Positions 35,201 through 39,052 of a stretch of DNA of 39,052 bases are shown here, one piece after another (within the stretch, counting starts at the first letter, position 1; each line of letters begins with the position of its first letter). The DNA is taken from contig JAVECS010000026.1 of the NCBI GenBank assembly GCA_051942165.1, positions 1 through 39,052 on the forward strand, read 5' to 3'. A program made the position numbers and the translations under genes. The notes under the pieces were generated by a model, which made no database searches, was not told the DNA's origin, and was given only the letters and a program-made list of their open reading frames with translations. The stretch comes from Circinaria calcarea (lineage: Eukaryota).

Positions 35201-37074
35201 CTACTGAGTAGTAATCGTGCTATTGACTCCTTTGCCGCACAATGCAGTGCTGTATAACCCCTATTATCTCTTGCCTGAGTTTCTGCCCCATTATCGAGTA
35301 ATAGCAGTACTATCGACTCAGACCCGCTCTGTACCGCAATATGCAATGCTGTTCTGCCGTCATCGTTCTTTGCTTCAATATCCGCCCCATGGGGCCATGA
35401 CTGAGTAGTAATCGTGCTATCGACTCATACCAGTACTTTGCCGCACAATGCAATGCTGTATAACCTCTATTATCGATTGCTTGAATATCTGCCCCATTAT
35501 CGAGTGATAGCTGTACTATCGACTCAGACCCGCTCTGTGCCGCAATGTGCAATGCTGTTTTGCCGTCATGCTCCTTTGCATTTATTTTTGCCCCAGCTCC
35601 CAGTGATGTTGTTTCTAGAATGCGGTTTCCAGTGCTAGCTGCTTGGTGCAGGGCTGATCTCTCTTCTTGATTATTACCTGTGACATTTTTGCTGTCTTTA
35701 CCGAACATAATAGGAAGTGAGGATTGAGGTGCTTTACGCAAATACTCTGACAACTTGCTATATAGATTTTGCAACTTGCTACATAATTCTTTGTGTTAGT
35801 CATGGCGTATTCTTCGTACTTGAGAGAAAACTGGTCTTACCTCCTATATGAACCCCCGTGGCTCAAAATACGCCAATACCCTACAAGCTTTTTAAGATCT
35901 CTACCAGTAATCGTTCCAATCTCTTTGACTTTTGCGCTGTGTGGTACCGGATAAGTCTTTGCAAAATTCACGCGGGACAAAGGGTCAAGCTTCTCCGATG
36001 AGCTAACAGCTTTTACACGGATTGAATCTTTCAGCATCTTCGTTTCGCCCTCAAGCCTCTTTGGGGGTTTGCTACTGGTGTAAACTATGCAGTGTTCCTC
36101 TTGATTAAGGCCTTTTCGGGTTGCCCCACAGCCTCCGTAGGTGGAGATTTGGATGCAGATAGATTGGTACTCCTTAAGCTTACCATGAACGACAATAAAT
36201 CGGCGAACATTCGCGTAGACCCGCTCTCCATACTTAACCACTTCAGGTCCTTCCTCGGGGATTTGGTCTTCTATAGGTTCCCACCGCGACGTGGCAAAAA
36301 CCTTCAATATCAGCCGATGCAGCCATGCCGTTTGGTTAAGCTTACCCGACCAGGACAGAAAAAGTTCCGATGATCCTTTACTATCTTAAAGGCGGGATCT
36401 AACTTCTCGTAAGTACCCTCGGTACCTCGCAACATCCCAATAGGCTGGCTGTCATCAATCGTCGACATTCCATCAGCCGCGGCTAAATCACCGTACGGCT
36501 GTAACAACTGGGATGTCGACAGATATCCCGCTTGTGGTACGTAACCTATAGCTGGCATGAATGCATTTCTACGATGCATTTATAAGTGTCAGACCTTGCA
36601 CAGCTTGCTTCCCCATTTGTTTATTACTAACTCCTGCCGGCTGAGATGTGTAAGGAGCCTGTCTTGGATTGGCGATAGACAACCTTCTCATGCTGGAAAT
36701 GCTATCAGTGATAGCCCTTGATGCTGAACCATGATAGCTAGATTGTTGACTGGGCTTTAAAGGTAGTTCTTTCTCTTTGTTACTATCGCCTCTGCTTCTG
36801 GGATTCTGTGTAATGGTTTGCGGACGAGATTCTTCTGTAGAAGTATAACTGTTGCTTTTATCGTTAGTAAATATATAAGCGTAGCTATATTTAGCTGTAA
36901 TACTTCTCGGTTTTAGAGAAAATGTAATTCCAAGTACCTGGCGCGGTCAGCATTATTGGAAACCCTGCGTATACAGTCCCCTTAAAGCATACCGTTAGAT
37001 TGGTACTCTATTCGGTAATAGTCATTATGAGGCTCACTCCATATCCAAGGATTGCTCCCTTGTGCAGACGACAT
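32257..37074 (-). pseudogene. Multi-exon gene: aromatic N-terminal motif + DUF6590 + ~7 ankyrin repeats + large uncharacterised fungal domain; frameshifted by an 8-nt insertion at ~35387-35394
   Basis: MSSAQGSNPWIWSEPHNDYYR.., then DUF6590 (EKLDPAFKIV..FFCPGR|VF..VRRFIVV..CIQISTYGG..SRVNFAKTYPV..IGTI..KLVGYW). Intron 35840-35779 runs in frame into the TALH ankyrin repeats, and an intron near 34724-34666 runs in frame into the 784-aa ORF (EIAQQLAWL..CWHPLF..GFPIPAR..GIELPFEVM). The splice near 36550-36600 is uncertain. Confidence 0.75.
35204..35593 (-). repeat. Tandem duplication of a two-ankyrin (~198-nt) unit with high DNA identity
   Basis: 35400-35593 and 35204-35388 share long identical runs (tgagtagtaatcgtgctat, ctttgccgcacaatgca, tctgccccattatcgagt, gtactatcgactcagacccgctctgt). 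One copy lacks 9 nt (YWY). Confidence 0.9.
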
Positions 37075-37789
37075 GTCCACACCGCGATAGCTATCGCCAA
37101 CTCGGAACTCTGTTCGAACCCGTGTAAAAGAGTTTTTCACGATGCAGAATCCAAGCCTTGCCTGCCGTACTTTTAGGCCAAATCTTAGGACAGGGCTGCC
37201 TTAGGTTGAAGGGTCAAAGGGCGAACTACGCCGCCCTGACTGATCTATGCATGGGGTGCGTCGCAACAGTGTATGATTGGAAGCTGAATGCAGCTGTATC
37301 TGTTAGGTTTAGCGTGGGAGCACTCCACCTCAGAAGTAAGGACTGTCCGTAATAGGTACTACATAGAGAGTGACATATGAAATACAGAGGCGATCGGCTT
37401 CGAGGAGGCTATCCGATATACACCTTAGAATACCAGCTGGCTTAGCATGATGGTTTATTTGGAGCTCTAGAGCTTATGGTCAACTTTGACAGCGTCTGTT
37501 CCTCTCGAAACAACAGGGTACGATAATGTAATCTGACTGTCCTGGAGAGAAGACGCTGCCTGCTTGTAGGTAACGGGTTTTGCACACCAGTAAAGATTCG
37601 TCGAATCTGATGTACGGTAGACCTTAATTTAATGTCGCCATAGTTCTTCGTCTTTAGTAAATCGAAAGCCTGATCAATCATATCATAGACCTTCATAGGC
37701 TTACGATATGTAATCTCGATACCCCCAAAGACTCCTTGCCTGTTTGCGGCTGACGGTCTGCACCAGACTACTTACTGGTGATGATGCAC

Positions 37790-39052
37790 TCAAGAGCCAT
37801 CCATCATAACAGAGTGACTATCTGATTTTGTGACTGCGCCCACAAAGACTCCCACAACATAACTCACGCACCCGGTAGTAGTTACGCAGGCGAGTCCAGG
37901 GGCGCCAAACGCCCACCGCACCCTCGTAGCAACCAAGAACTTTACCTCGCTATCCTCCGGCAGAGTCTCCTGGGGAAAAAACAATCCTGCCTCAGTAATG
38001 GAATATTCCTTCCTCCCTGTGAATCCGATCCGCTTAAGCGCAGAGTATATCCGTTCTGCAATAACCGAGTCGGATAGTTCGGCGAGCGTTAATTGAGGAA
38101 GTGAGATGAGCATCTTTTCCTTTGCCGCGTCACCAAGATACTTGTTCGGTTCTAGTGTCATCATTTCATCGAGCCAAAATCCTTGCGAATCACGATGACC
38201 GCGTTGTGCCCCATCTAGGTCAATTACATGCCAAGGCAGTATCGCAGGTAGAATCCCGGGCAGGGGAGACCAACGCTTCCCTGGTGTTTCGGCTCTTGGG
38301 ACAGAAGTATAAATAAAAGAGTAATCGTTCTTTTGCTCGCAAACAGCCATGAAGGCCTCCGCAATGTCACTCACTGTATTTCCGGTATCCCATGATATAG
38401 GTTCCTGTATCATTGCCCCTATCATGGCATAAAAGTAGTTTCGTGGCTCCGCGTAAGAGCGACGGTGGAAATTCGACAGTATTTGTAAAGCGGACCTTTG
38501 AGTATATCCACCTATTAAGGAATCTAGCATGATATCCTCAAATGCGCTTAGGTTAGGAAATCTCTCATACACGGTAAATATATCGAGTTTGTGCTTAGTC
38601 GTGTACAATCGGAGAGCAGAACCAACACAATTTAAGAAATGCTCTCTATCGACTGTGAGCCCAGTACGACTCCCACACACAAATTGCAACTGTTGACTAT
38701 TGACAATTTCTTGATAGGTCCAAACACTCCTGTTCCATTCATCTTGTTCGAGAATCTCAAGGGTCGACTCCTTTAGTACAGTTCCTTCACTCATCTCCTT
38801 CACGGCATCAAACGATAGCGGTGAGAGTATGACCATAACCAGCGAAGCGCGACTATAGATGAAGCCCATGCTCTCTAGCGTTGCTTGTCGGCTGGGCTCC
38901 TCACTAGGTACGCAGAAAACATCGGTCCAAAATGCCTTGCACGTAGAGCTTTTTATAGCGGTTTCTAGAGCTGGAATCGTCCGGTCCGAGATGTGTCCAG
39001 CCTTTATGTACTCGTTCCACTCCCGTACGGGACCCCATCTGTAGGAAATGCA
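37790..39052 (-). CDS. HET-domain (heterokaryon incompatibility, PF06985-like) protein, 5' end outside the window
   Basis: Open frame from the window edge: CISYRWG..AFWTDVFCVP..LESMGFIYSRASLVMVIL..DEWNRSVWTYQEIV, i.e. the SYxWG, WxDxxC, MGxIY and WxxRxWTxQE-type HET blocks. Confidence 0.88.
   Translation of the reverse strand, partial: CISYRWGPVREWNEYIKAGHISDRTIPALETAIKSSTCKAFWTDVFCVPSEEPSRQATLESMGFIYSRASLVMVILSPLSFDAVKEMSEGTVLKESTLEILEQDEWNRSVWTYQEIVNSQQLQFVCGSRTGLTVDREHFLNCVGSALRLYTTKHKLDIFTVYERFPNLSAFEDIMLDSLIGGYTQRSALQILSNFHRRSYAEPRNYFYAMIGAMIQEPISWDTGNTVSDIAEAFMAVCEQKNDYSFIYTSVPRAETPGKRWSPLPGILPAILPWHVIDLDGAQRGHRDSQGFWLDEMMTLEPNKYLGDAAKEKMLISLPQLTLAELSDSVIAERIYSALKRIGFTGRKEYSITEAGLFFPQETLPEDSEVKFLVATRVRWAFGAPGLACVTTTGCVSYVVGVFVGAVTKSDSHSVMMDGS

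Noticed and set aside
32257..37074. Canonical fungal NLR
   Set aside because: No Walker A/NACHT or NB-ARC motifs were found in any exon.

Overview
Intron-rich, gene-dense DNA from a filamentous ascomycete (Pezizomycotina-type GT..AG introns with CTRAC branch sites). The left 19 kb is mostly housekeeping: acyl-CoA thioesterase II, carnosine N-methyltransferase-like (N2227), proteasome chaperone PAC4, SDA1, RPS5, a secreted 5'-nucleotidase-like phosphoesterase, a small PPxY protein, carboxypeptidase Y and adenine deaminase. The right half is more accessory. It holds a secreted NlpC/P60 peptidoglycan-endopeptidase gene broken by an in-frame TAA, a Zn2Cys6 transcription factor with ~4 kb of gene-free upstream DNA, and a small basic protein. 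It ends with a candidate defence/allorecognition locus: a spliced DUF6590(PemK/MazF-like)-ankyrin-unknown-domain gene with an 8-nt palindromic frameshift insertion, directly downstream of a HET-domain gene. Two diverged copies of one coding relic (1.5 kb and 21.3 kb) show C-to-T/G-to-A (RIP-like) decay. All family calls come from recognising motifs by eye, not from database searches.
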